A stretch of 64,000 nt of DNA from Antechinus flavipes (taxonomy: Eukaryota): assembly GCF_016432865.1 (NCBI RefSeq), contig NC_067401.1, forward strand, positions 223,138,001-223,202,000, in the 5' to 3' direction. Positions 13,291 through 25,560 of the stretch are shown piece by piece. A program made the position numbers and the translations under genes. The notes under the pieces are model-generated. The model worked only from the letters and a program-made list of their open reading frames with translations, had not been told where the DNA came from and ran no database searches. The first letter of the stretch is position 1. Every line of letters begins with the position of its first letter.

Positions 13291-15339
13291 TGGATCAAAC
13301 AAACCACTGTCTAACCATACCTGTAGGGTTGAGTGACGTGTGTTACTCAGTTAGAAAGTGTCTGAAACTGGATTTCAACTCAGGTTTTCCTGACTCCAGG
13401 TCCAGAACTCTATCCTTTGCACCACTAATTGTTTAAAACAATAGTAGCAACATGATGTTTAAGTGATATTCTCCAGAAGTTCATAAAGATGACTGGGTAC
13501 CACTTTTTCTTCTTTTCCATGAAGGATAACTATTCTTTATCAAATTATTTCTTCAACATCTTCATGGTTTAACAATGTTAGAGCTAAAAGTCATCTTTGG
13601 GACAAATAGTGTGGTATGCTGGAAAAGGCGTGTTGAATTAGTATTAGGATATCTGCATTTAAATCCTGTATATATGGGGAGATCCAGAAAAGGTAATTGA
13701 CTTGTTCAAGGTCACACAATTCTTTAATGGTCAAATAAGGAGGATTATGTTATAGTTCACAAAATCTGGAACCTCTGAGCCTTTCTGAGACCCATGGGGT
13801 TCACCCACCTCTTTTTTCTATTAAATGGACCTTCTCTTGAACAATAATTTCCATGTCCTTGCTAGTTATATCAGAGATTGGAAACCCAATAATGTTTGTG
13901 AATAAAAGTCCACAACCTTCAACTAAAACAGGAGACTTTCAACTGCCATAGGAAGCCTTGGTATGAACATGATTGTAAAGCAACTCATACCTATTAGGAT
14001 GATATAATGTGTGGCAGAGTTAGTTATGTGATATCCAAGGACAATCTCTCTGAAATACTATTGTTGCTTTTAAGGAAGCAATGTTGGAATGAAGCTCAAA
14101 TGACCAGCCCTGGTAACTTGAAATATCTTTTCCTGACTTGCCTTGAAGATCATAATAGCCAATGTTCCAGAAACCATCTGATCATCTCCTTTCCTTGTTT
14201 CTGCTATTCCATTTACCTGTCCATTGGGCTTTGTATTCAATCATGAGCTTTCCCCAGTGTACATCTCATAATACATGCCATGATAAAAGGCACTAGTGCC
14301 TATATACCCTGCCTGCTTCTTCCCGAGTAACCCAACTATTGACAAGGACCAGAACAAATTAGGACCTAGATGTCCTGAGTCAGGACTCAGTGATGTTAGG
14401 ACTCGATAATTTTTACAAATCATTAAAATCTTAATTTATCCCACACTTTGTGGGAAACAAAAATTGTTTTTGTATGGAATCAGGACAGATCTAATCTTCT
14501 AGACTATAATTAAAAAGAAAAAGTAAAATCTGAACTTCTAGCTTTTATGCTAAGATTCTAACCTGTCCTTTCTATAGTTCAGAAGAAATTTTGAATCAAA
14601 AGAAAAAATATTCAGTTTATTATATCATCTAAAACTACAGATCTCTACATTTCCTCAATTGAAATCAAGGACTTAGTTCTAACAAACTGAGCAAAGAAGA
14701 GTAAAATTGATATATTCTCCAAAAGATTGTAGATATATTTACTTTTTGATGTATGTTTTAAAAAGTCACTCATCTCATTCAAAGGCTTAGATGACAATTG
14801 CTTATGCTCTATTTGCCTAATTTCCAGTATGAGTTATCTCCTCAATTTAGTATATTTTTAAAAACCACAGAATTTGAGAGTGAGAAGAAAACTCAGAATA
14901 TGGACCTTTCAACTGATATCTGAAAGGAGCATCCACTGAAGTGTGCCTTGCATGCAATCATTTGGCTTCTTTCTCTCTGAGGACCTCTACTGGTAGGGAA
15001 ACATACTACCCTCCAAAGCATTCCAGTATCACTTTGGGATATTTCTAATACTAAGGGGAAGAGACAAACATTTATTAATCAACCACTATATTCTAGACAC
15101 TGTGCTAAGGACTTCATAGATACCCAATTTGATCTTTATATCAACCCTATGAGGGAGGCTCTATAAGTATCTCCAGTTTGAAGAAACTGAGGCAGTGACC
15201 CTGAGTAAACCTTACCTTTATAATGGAGATAATAGCACCTATCTTCCAGGATTGTTATGAAGGTTAAATGAAATAATATAGGTAAAGTGTTTGCAAACTC
15301 TAAGTGCTATCAAAATATTATATTGTTGTCATTATTGTA

Positions 15340-15700
15340 CCCAAAAGTAAGACTTTATATTTATCCTTACCAACTTTTATTTTATTAGGTTCAGCCCAAT
15401 GTTCTAACCTAAAAAAAAATCTTTTACATCCTGATTTTATAATTCAGTACATTAATTCTCCATCCCAGCTTTGAATAATCTTTAGATTGGATAACCAATC
15501 CATCTATCCCTTTATTCAACAGAATCAAACAGAAATCCCTCTGACACTCTAGTGAAGACTTACCACTAAGCTGTAATGGAGCCAATAAGGCTATTACTTT
15601 TAGTTCAGTCATTCTCTCAGCTTTCTCTAAAATGTCCTATCATCTAGTCCACATTTTTCCATTTTTCCCACAAGAATAGTGTATGATTTTATTAAGTACT
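15340..15700 (-). mobile_element. L3/CR1 RT fragment
   Basis: ttattaggttcagcccaatgttctaacc, ccatcccagctttg, catctagtccacatttttcc...cacaagaatag. Confidence 0.6.
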
Positions 15701-17049
15701 CCCTAAATTTCTGACCGGTGACTATTTAACAGAGAACATGATTATCACATGACAGTGTTAACAAGTTAGAGTAGAAAGTTTGCTTAATTTTCAGCCAAGA
15801 AAGTCCTGTATTTGAGTTCTTGTTCTGTCATTTACTATCTGGGGGATCATGTCAAATCACTTCAGTTTCCTCATCTATAAACAGGAATATTATTTGAGGA
15901 GTCTGGACAGAAAATTGAAGCTGCACTTGGTTTAAATTCTAGCTCTAATGCTCACTGTGTGACCTTTGGAAGGCTATAAACCCCTGATCCTTAGTTCTCC
16001 CAACCATAAAATGGGCTTGAGAAAAATTGTTATACCTTTCTCAAGTGGTGTTGTGATCACTGTGTTTTGTAAACCTTAAAGCACCTTATAAATGTAAATT
16101 TAGAAACTTCCTGGTATCTTTGGAGCATGCTTCCTCTTAACTGTGGCCTCCCCCAAGATGGATTTCTACCCTCCATCTTCACCCATCCCTTCAAGGATCA
16201 ATGCTTGGTCTTGCTCTTTAAGTATAAAAAAAATTCTGATTTATGACTCTAGTAGTACTTGATAAGTATTCTATCAGCAAAACACATTTTTATTCTCTGA
16301 AATGCCCCACATGTCTAGTTGGCCTTGCACATATAGACTACATATGGAGAATGAAATAAAATATTTCTCTATTGCAGAGTATATGGACAATGTGTGAACT
16401 TCGTGAAAAGAGCTCACTTGACACATGCAAGAGATTAGGGCTGCAGCTGCTACAATTCAAGGGTTTGTATTAAATATGGTGTGTGCATCCAGTGTTATAA
16501 AGAACAGAGAGGAGGTTTCTACCATTACCTCGCAGGGTGATGAAGAGCTATTTTGCCAGAGGGAAATTCCCAGCAGCAGGGGTTCCCTAATGTCTGGGGG
16601 AGGATTCTGCAGGGCAAACCTACCTTCTAGTCTTCCCTTCCTAAGAGCCACTGACCAATCAGGAGCTCATTTGATGAGGATCTAGATGAGGAGCTCCAAT
16701 CAAGCTGTAGGGCAGTGCTGCTTGTGTGGCCTAGGTCCTAGCTAGTACATTGGAGGAATTCCAGTTTCCAAATGAACTCACTATTATTTGGTTCGCAGCT
16801 CCAACCACTTCTAAAGGGGCCTATTGCTGTTTGCAGTTTTGACATCTTGCCTCTCATTTAGCAGAAGGTTCATGTTGAGCCTCCCTGAATCTTTGTGGGA
16901 GAAATGAATGTAGGATGTGTTTTATCATTGTCCTTTGACTTCTTAATAACAATTTAGGCTAATATTAAGAATACTAATACTAATAATAGACATGTATAGA
17001 GCATTTTAAAGCAAGACTTCTTAACCTGAGGTCTGTAAACTTTATGTTT

Positions 17050-17230
17050 TTAAAAATAACATTTCATTTCCTTCCAGTTACATGTGAAAACATTTTTAAA
17101 CATTATTTTTCTAAATTTTTCATTCCAATTGCTCCCCACACACACACACAGAGGGGGCAATTGATATTACATTATACATGTGCAAACATGCAAAACATAT
17201 TTTCATATTAGTTATGTTATGAAAGAAAGC
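17050..17230 (-). mobile_element. L1 3'-end fragment
   Basis: acatgtgaaaacatttttaaacatt...catgcaaaacatattttcatattagttatgtt. Confidence 0.7.
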
Positions 17231-17262
17231 ATTGTCTATGAATTTTAAAAATATATTTTGAC

Positions 17263-17770
17263 AGGAGAGACTTACATGAACTGATGCTAAATGAAGGGAG
17301 TAGAACCAAAAGAACATTCTACAACAAGATTATGCAATGATCAGTTCTGATGCATGTGGCTCTTTTCAACAGTGAGGTGATTCAAGCCAGTTCCAATAGT
17401 CTTGTGATAGAGCCATCTGCCCTCAGAGAGATGACTGTGGGGTCTGAGTATAGGTCACAACATAATTATTTTCACTTTTATTGTTGTTGTTATTATTTGT
17501 TTACATTTTGTTTTCATTCTCATTTTTTTCCTTTTTTGATCTGATTGTTCTTGTGCAGCATGATAATTGTGTCAATATGTATAGAAGGATTGCACATGTT
17601 TAACACATATTGGATTACTGGCTGGCTGTCTAGGGGATGGGATGGGGGAAGTAGGAAGGGAGAAACAAAAGCTTGGAACACAAAGTTTTGCAAAAGTGAA
17701 TGTTGAAAATCTCTTTGCATGTATTTTGAAAAATAAAAATCTATTATTATTTTTTAAATAAAATAAAATA
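17263..17770 (+). mobile_element. L1 3' UTR fragment with A-rich tail
   Basis: agacttacatgaactgatgct...gccatctgccctcagagaga...gattgcacatgtttaac...ctttgcatgtattttgaaaaataaaa. Confidence 0.9.
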
Positions 17771-20639
17771 AAACTAGTTAGAGAAGGAGGGGGAGAAAGA
17801 GTCCATAGATTTTCCTAGATATCCGAAAGGGTTTGTGTTACTAAAAAAGTTAGGAAACCCTGTTGAAATGTTGAAATTAAAATGTTTAATGCTTGAAAAA
17901 TGTTTAATTTATATTATCTCTTTAGAGTCTCCAAAAAATTACTGTGAAATGGCCGCTATTATTATTATTATTAGCATTTAACAAATGAAGAATCTGAAAT
18001 GTAGAGAGGTTAAGTGATTTATTCAGGATCATCAGACTAATAAATTCTGAGGCAGATTAGAAGTCAGACCTTTTTTGGCTCAAAGACCACCAAAGCAACC
18101 ATTATCCCATGATGCTTCATAATGGCAGATAATGTTTATCTTAAATATATGGATACAACTACAAGAATCAATCTATTGTATCATAAATTTCTTTGTTATC
18201 CTAAATTGGGAGAGCTGAGCATCGAAGAGACTAATAAAGTACTAGAAGGAAGGACAGGACCTGTGATTTCAGTGAAACAGAGAAATGCCAGACAGACATT
18301 CCCTATGTCAATGAATATTAGCACCTTCTCTGCAATTCACAGAGTGTTATCTAAAGCACAGAAGAATTAAATGATCAGTCCAGGGTCAAAATGCCAATGT
18401 CTCAAAGGTAGGATTTGAACCCAATTCTGCCTGACTCCCAACACTGACTCTCTACTGTATCACGTTGCCTATAACAAAACTAATAATAGCATTTAATATT
18501 CAAGTTTGTCATTATTAGAAATTTCATCTGTTTAACATATACTTAACTATTTTAACTAATGGAGACAAATGGGACAAAAACATAGACCCATATAATAGAC
18601 TAGAAAATTGTATGAGGAATTGAAATTATGTATTAATATGTGACTTAATTGGTCAGGGATTAATTAAATCAGGAATCTAGTCCTTAAATAATCCTTATCT
18701 ATATTAATGTAGTGAAAAGAAGTCCAATAGAGGTAAATATTGTGCTTAAAATCAAAAAGAAATCTTATTAACTTAAAATATGTTCCTTTGCATACTTTTT
18801 GGAAAGTGAAGTTTGATTCATAGGTTATACTCTAGGACAGAACTTTTCAACTCATAAAGAATTTTGTCCTTAATCTATATTTTTGCATATAATGGGAGAA
18901 GTGAAATCTGAAAATTTAATAGCATTTGATGGGAAGCAGTTACAATAAAATCTTTGGGATCACCACTCTACTCCTGCCATTGATTCCATGAAGCTTGCTT
19001 AGTAAGTTTTATGTGACCCACTTCAGTTGCTACTGTTGACTTCTCAAGAGCCAACTACCTCTTTCAATTTTCCTATTCCCTAGGTGAGGTGGGGGAGGGG
19101 AAAGAAAGGGCCTCCCCATTTCTCCTGGCAGCAGGTCACTTCTAAAAGCAGACAAGTGTTGATAAAGGGCAAGGGTTTCCCCCTTCAGGAAGTTCATTTC
19201 CCCCCAATGTTTAAAGAACACTGGAAAACTCTGTCATACAGTATTTTTTCTGCTTTTTAATGTGGATTCCTTTGTGTTTTATTTGGTTCTGGTTTTCTTC
19301 TCCTTTCCTTTCATCTGCTTCCTTTTTCAGAAAAATTAGATTTTTCAGAAAAATTTGGATTACTACTTTGTAATTTAAAACCAACTATGCTTACATAAGA
19401 TGCATGATAGTAAAATTCTTTGCCTAATTCTGATAGATCAAATACTTCTGAGAAGTATAACCTTCTTTCCCAGAGCCACACCCTTCCAGCTGGGAATCTG
19501 AAGCCCATGTTACTGTGAATTTTAAGAGTGGGAGCTAGAACCCTGACTTACAGATTTTGATCTTGTATAAAAGCACATCATACTGTAAATCAGAAGATTG
19601 AGGTTCAGTTTTCAGCTCTCATGAGTAAATAGTTGTCTGACATTAGATATATCATGTCACTTCTCTGGATCTCAGGTATTTCATCTGGAAAAATGATCTT
19701 TTATATTCCTTTCTATCTCTAACATTCTATGATCCTAGATCTTAAACTTTATCTAGAGTTTGTTCTTCTATGGACAATATAACAAATTGTAAAGATAGTG
19801 GAAACAGGTTCTCTTCTCCTTCAAGGATGTCTCCAAACTAAAAACTTGCAAGAAATAAAGTCCTATTTACATCAATTGAATTGTGTTAGTTGAATAGGAC
19901 AACTGGGCAATGGAAATGCATTCAGAAATACAACTTAATCTAAAGAATTTGGAGTCTTCCGCTTCCAAAGCTACATGAAAGCAATTAATCATGTTGGCAT
20001 TAATGCTCTGATTATGAGACCAGTTTTATATAATTTTACTGCTTTAATAAAGTGAGGATTTGGTAAGAGGAAGACTAGGGCCTTCTGCAATCTGAAATTT
20101 CCTGAGGTACTTCCCATTTTATCTAATCTTTTCCTTACCCCAGATTCCTGTCCCTTAAACTCCAGGACAATGGCTCCCTTCATTTTCCCCAAGGTAAGTT
20201 TTATGAGTTTGTGTTCCAATTGGCCAGGCAGTCCAATATCTTGGGCACAGATTGTAACTATAAGCAATGACTATATCACAACAGCAAAAAAATTAATCCT
20301 TCACAATCTATTTTGAATTATTGTCTCCGTAATTAAAGCATTGATCAATAAAGATCTAACAAAACTAATAAAGATAGTACCCTCAGAGGAACCTTGCACA
20401 GATTGATAGAGATGATATAGAGAACTAGCACCTGGGTTCAAATTCAATGTCTGCCACATGCTATCTATGTGATCTTAAGGCAGTCACATTTTTCCCAAGT
20501 CTACATGATGGATACAAATGAACGAGAGATATGGATCACGTCATTGGACATTTAGGATTAGAACCAAGTTTAAGGGATGGGATCAGAAATAGTAAAAAAT
20601 TGATAAAAAAAAAAAAAAACTAAAAGAAAGTAGTGGGAA

Positions 20640-21120
20640 AATTCAGGAATTTGTCATGGACTCTGCTCTATTCAATATTTGTATAAATTATTAGGATGAG
20701 TATACAGATTAACCAATCAATCAGTAAACATTTATCAAAAATCTGCTATGTGCCAGAAACTGTTCTAGGCTTTGGGGTCACAGAATTAAAAAGTGATACA
20801 GTTCTACCTTTTAAGGAGCTTATATTCTAATGGCTCAACTGCTTATCAAAACTGGAAATGACACTGAGTTGGGAGATATAATTAAAGTATTTGATGACAA
20901 TAGAACTTGAAAAAAATCCTCACTAGATTTGAATAATAGGACCATGTCTATTAAGATTAAATTTATTGGAAATAAATGGAATGAAAATTATGGCTTTCTA
21001 TAGAAGATGGCAATTGAAACTTGGGATTCTAAGAGCAATTAGTAAAGAAGTGAATTGTAACCATGGGGATCATATAGCACAAAAGAAGAACCAGGAAATA
21101 GCGTGGATCATATGAGGAAT
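20640..21120 (+). mobile_element. L3/CR1 RT fragment with a nested minus-strand L2 tail (~20710-20833)
   Basis: ctctgctctattcaatattt...ggatgag and gatgac...tagatttgaataat flank aatcaatcagtaaacatttat...tgtgccagaaactgttctagg...aaggagcttatattctaatgg. Confidence 0.65.
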
Positions 21121-21367
21121 AATACTAGCTAAAATTTACATGATTCTTTAAGATTTGCAAAACATTACAAATATCTCTTCACTTTATCTTCCCAACAGTT
21201 CTGGGAGGCAAGTGCTATTATTATTATTATTTTACAAATGAGAAAAAAGAGGCAGATAAAAGTTAAGTGACTTTCCCAGGTTTACTGAACTAATAAGTAT
21301 TTTATTCTAACTTTTTTAGCTCCAAATCCTGCACTCTATCTATCCACTGGGCCATCTAGTTGCCTCT
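21121..21367 (-). mobile_element. MIR
   Basis: ctttaagatttgcaaa, ctgggaggcaagtgctattatt, ttttacaaatgag...gttaagtgactttcccagg, ccatctagttgcctc. Confidence 0.8.
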
Positions 21368-21399
21368 GTCATATAGCTATATTGAGAAAATATTTTGGA

Positions 21400-21654
21400 G
21401 TTGTTGTTCAGTCATTTTTTCAATTGTATCTAACTCTTGATGATCCCATTTAGTGTTTTCTTGGCAAATAAACTGAATTGGTTTGCCATTTCTTTTTTCA
21501 ACTCATTTTACAGATGAGGTAACTGAGACAAATAGAGTTAAGTGACTTGCTCAGGGTCACACAGCTAATGTCTCAGGACATATTTTGAACTCAGGAAGAT
21601 GAGTTTTCCTGATTCCAGGCCTGCTACTCTATCCATTGCACCACTTACCTACCC
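21400..21654 (-). mobile_element. MAR1-type CORE-SINE, near full length
   Basis: gttgttgttcagtc tail, ttcttggcaaa...ggtttgccatttc, cattttacagatgagg core, ttgaactcaggaagatgag, gcaccacttacctaccc head. Confidence 0.9.
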
Positions 21655-22314
21655 TAGTTTGGAATTAGAGTTCCCTAAAAGGTATTTTATATATCTTCTT
21701 GTATCAGCTAAATAAACTCTCATATCTATTTCAAAATAGTACAACAGGAAACTATTAAGGATAATTAATAAGAGTCAAATGGTCATTAGATAAAAATGAA
21801 CCTAAACAAATCATCTGGAAAGGTTAAGGTCACTTTTGATTGTATGATTCCAAGAAGAAGTGAAGTCATATGTATGCTAATTCAACATAGTAAGAGAACA
21901 ACTGCAAATTAACAAAATGAATAGACACATAATACACTAAGACTCAGTGACTGTATGACTGAGCGAAATGAATTTCCAACTGCCGGGTCAAGCAGTTTAT
22001 ATCTATAGATTGTACTTATGAATCAAATTTGTAAAAACTGAACATGTTCAAAAATACTGTTGATGGGAGGAATATTAAATAACTCTTTTAAAATGTCTCT
22101 TTGTTCCAAAGTGGCTCCTTAGTGTATGGGTACATCCACACAAGCCAAGTATTTTTCAACTCTATAGTATGGTTTTACCCCCAAAGGAAGAAAGTGAGCA
22201 AAAAATATTCAGGATTAAGTGAAAGTAATAGTATAGCCATAGGAATTTGACTCTAGATTACTTGAAAAGTAATTTCCAAAAGCATATCCCAGAGGATACA
22301 ACAGACTCACAAAA

Positions 22315-22735
22315 TCATAAAATCTGAGTTGTAAAGGATCTCAGAAACTGATCAGACCCACATATAACTAATACAAAATTACTTCTACCTCCCCAACAAA
22401 TAACCATCTATCTACTGATTTGAAGACCTCCAAAGATAATGAACTAAATACTTCCTGAGGCAATCCATTTCTAATTCTTACAAAATAGGTTTAAGTGAAA
22501 TTGGCCTTTCTATAATTTCTGCCCTCTCATGCTAGCTATGTTCTTTAGAACCAAGTAGAATAATTCAAATACATAATGTATACGATGGCTTTTCAGATAT
22601 TTGAAGGCAATTTTCATACCTTCAAATAATATGTTTTAGAAAATTTCCTATTTCCTTTTGATTATATCTAATTTTCAGACCACTCATCAATCTGACCATC
22701 CTTCTTTGGGTGCTTTCTACTTTGAGAAAGTCAGT
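22315..22735 (-). mobile_element. L3/CR1 3' fragment
   Basis: tgaagacctcca, gaggcaatccatttc, cagatatttgaaggc, gaccatccttctttgg. Confidence 0.65.
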
Positions 22736-23769
22736 CTTTTGGTCAACAGACATGTATTAGATATTTATTATATATCTGGAAATTAAGTCCTGGAAATATT
22801 TTTTAAAGACAAAAAAAATATTTCTTGCTTACAAGGAACTCTAATTCTATTTGGGAAGACAACTTTTACATAACCAGGTACACAAGATATTTGCAGAGTT
22901 TTTTTTCTTTTATAGTATAAATGGATAGTAATCTCAAGGGGAAATTAATAGCAACAGGGAAGACTTTCTAGAAGCTGGATTTGACTTAAGAATTAAAGGA
23001 ATCCAATAAAATCCAAAAAAAAAAAAAAAAGAGTAGAAATGAGGAAATAGAACATGCCAGGCATAGAAGTGATTCCTCTAAAATACAATATTTAAAGTAA
23101 AAACGGTATTACAGATATGGCATAATAATACAGCTTATATTTAATCAAATATTGCCCATAGCACTTCAGGGATTGAAAAGTATTTTTGTAACAACCTGGT
23201 AGAAATTAACTTTGAGCTGACATTTTATATCATATTCAATAAATGACTCATATAGGTTATTAATTTAATGTTTATTAAATAGACATATTTAGTTAATATT
23301 TATTAAAGCTCTTGCCATAACAGTTAGAAAATAAATCACATATCTTTTATAATATGAGTAAAGCATGGATTCTCATCTAAACAGGTTAGAGAGACAATTA
23401 CGGAAATTAAAAAAGTTAATCTTGTTTGCAAGAAATCAAAAAGGGTTTTCCACAAATAAAATTAATGTGTCTAAAATAAGATAAGTGATTGACTAGAAAA
23501 AAAATCAGGTTTTTTTTTTTTTTTCAGGAAAGGATTTGGTCCAACGATATAAAGACAACTAAAGAAAAAAAGTCATTCTCATATGCTTTTTTTCTGTTGT
23601 TCTTTATTCTCTTTAATCTTTTAACAATGTTACATACTGTTGATCATCCCCTCATAAAAGCTTTTTCCTCCTTTGCCTTTATGACATTATACTGTCTTAC
23701 TTTGGTCTCATTTCTTTGGCTATACATTCTCTGTCCTCTTCACAAAGCCCATATACTCTCAGTCTCAAA

Positions 23770-24090
23770 TAGATAAGAGGTCAAATGATATGAACAAAAT
23801 TTAAAAAAAAACAATTATTTAATAACTCTTCGTATTAAAGGTTCTACCAATCACTCTAATAATAGAAATGCTTATCAAAACTATCCTGAGATTTCACATC
23901 CCACCCAGAAAATTGACAAAGATAAAAAAAATGGGAATAACACTTAGAAAGATTATAGAAAGATAAGCACAGGAGATCACTATGTGTGGAAGTATCTCAA
24001 TAAAGCCATTTCAATAAACAATTTGGAATTATGCAAATAGGTTAACTAAAATGTTTATATCTTTTGAAGCAGAGATTGCATAATTGAACT
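23770..24090 (+). mobile_element. Old L1 ORF2 3' fragment
   Basis: gaggtcaaatgatatgaac, ctgagatttcacatcccacccagaaaattgacaaag, aacaatttggaattatgc. Confidence 0.7.
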
Positions 24091-24955
24091 TCACAGGCAA
24101 GATTTGTATTCAGGTCCTATACCCATAGAATAAGTAAGTTGTCTTTCCCCTTTGTCAAACTACTTCCTAGTAAATTATGAGACTCATCTGTGGAAGATTG
24201 AATGAGATAACATTAAAAAGAATCACATTGATGAAAAAGCATAATAGGTGCCAATCTAAACCAATGGCAGGGATATCCATATTCTCAAGATCACATATCC
24301 TCTGAAGGAATTGAAGAAAGTATACTGATATTGAAAAAGATGAGCTTTTGAAATGGACAGAAAATTTAAAATCATTGGTATCACTAAATATTATCAAAAA
24401 TGTCACCCTGATCTCTGAAAACTTTTCAGTTTCAGTATTCACTTTATTCTCCATTAGTAACATCTATCAAAGATGCACATATTAGTGAACTTATTTCATG
24501 GGCTACATTTCCAGATTCATTCCACATTGCTAGCAATATGAATTTTTCTTACACTTTCACTTTACCCCTCTGGTTTGTCAGACAAAACACTTTCACATCA
24601 TTATGCAATTAGGATAGTGCTAGTGCTGAATACCTTTTGGAGAACCTAACCATAAATTCGAAAAATAAATTTTCCTATTGCATAGGACATTGGTGTTCAT
24701 CTTAGATAGTTAGCTGTCTTTCCAAAATTAAACAGTTGCTTAATTTATTTATGCATATATATACACATATCTATATGATGAAAATAGGAATGGGGATTGT
24801 ATTTAGAGTGAATGACCTCTTGTGAATTATTGCATTCACTCAATTGATTCAGTGCCTTTATCAAAGTTGTTTACTGTCACAACCCACAGATAAGTATCTG
24901 AAGTAAATAGTTTCAAGCTGTTCTTTGCTATGGGCAGAAGATATTTCATCTATAG

Positions 24956-25131
24956 NNNNNNNNNNNNNNNNNNNNNNNNNNNNNNNNNNNNNNNNNNNNN
25001 NNNNNNNNNNNNNNNNNNNNNNNNNNNNNNNNNNNNNNNNNNNNNNNNNNNNNNNNNNNNNNNNNNNNNNNNNNNNNNNNNNNNNNNNNNNNNNNNNNNN
25101 NNNNNNNNNNNNNNNNNNNNNNNNNNNNNNN
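24956..25131. other. Assembly gap (176 N)
   Basis: Run of N. Confidence 1.
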
Positions 25132-25488
25132 TACACACAAAGTCTTACTCTTAGAAGTATCTATATAGATATGACCCTTTCCCACCAATATATACCTTAT
25201 GATGGGTTAATTAACTTTGTCAGGCTTCTCAGGAATACATCATTCTCATATTAGAATTGTACCATTCTCTTAACTTTTACAAACTCTGCCCCCCACAAAA
25301 AAAGAACAATGTTAGTGGTGATGATAAAGAAGATGAACTTCTTTTCCTTCTCTCATCATCATCATGACAAAACATAGTTCAATGTCAGGCACTGGAATTT
25401 GTAAGATTTAGAAAGAGAAAAATTTTTCTGTTGCTTTAGTATAGACTGATATATCCTATTTGATAGGGGCTTAAAAAAAAAAAAAACT

Positions 25489-25560
25489 CTGTGTGATCCT
25501 GGGCAAGTCATTTAACCCCAATTACCTCAGCAAAAACAAAACAAACAAACAAACAAACAA
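25489..25560 (+). mobile_element. 5'-truncated WSINE1-type SINE with (AAAC)n tail
   Basis: ctgtgtgatcctgggcaagtcatttaaccccaattacctcagc followed by the tail. Confidence 0.8.

Noticed and set aside
17050-17770. Oppositely oriented adjacent L1 fragments as a twin-primed inversion or dsRNA hairpin
   Set aside because: Both pieces are 3' ends and look like different, diverged subfamilies, so independent insertions are more likely.
19320-19358. Short tandem duplication TTTTTCAGAAAAATT(A/T)GAT x2
   Set aside because: Ordinary slippage duplication with no convincing motif.
24861-25254. X-rich ORFs here and at 46340-46711 and 50293-50705
   Set aside because: Artefacts of assembly N-gaps.
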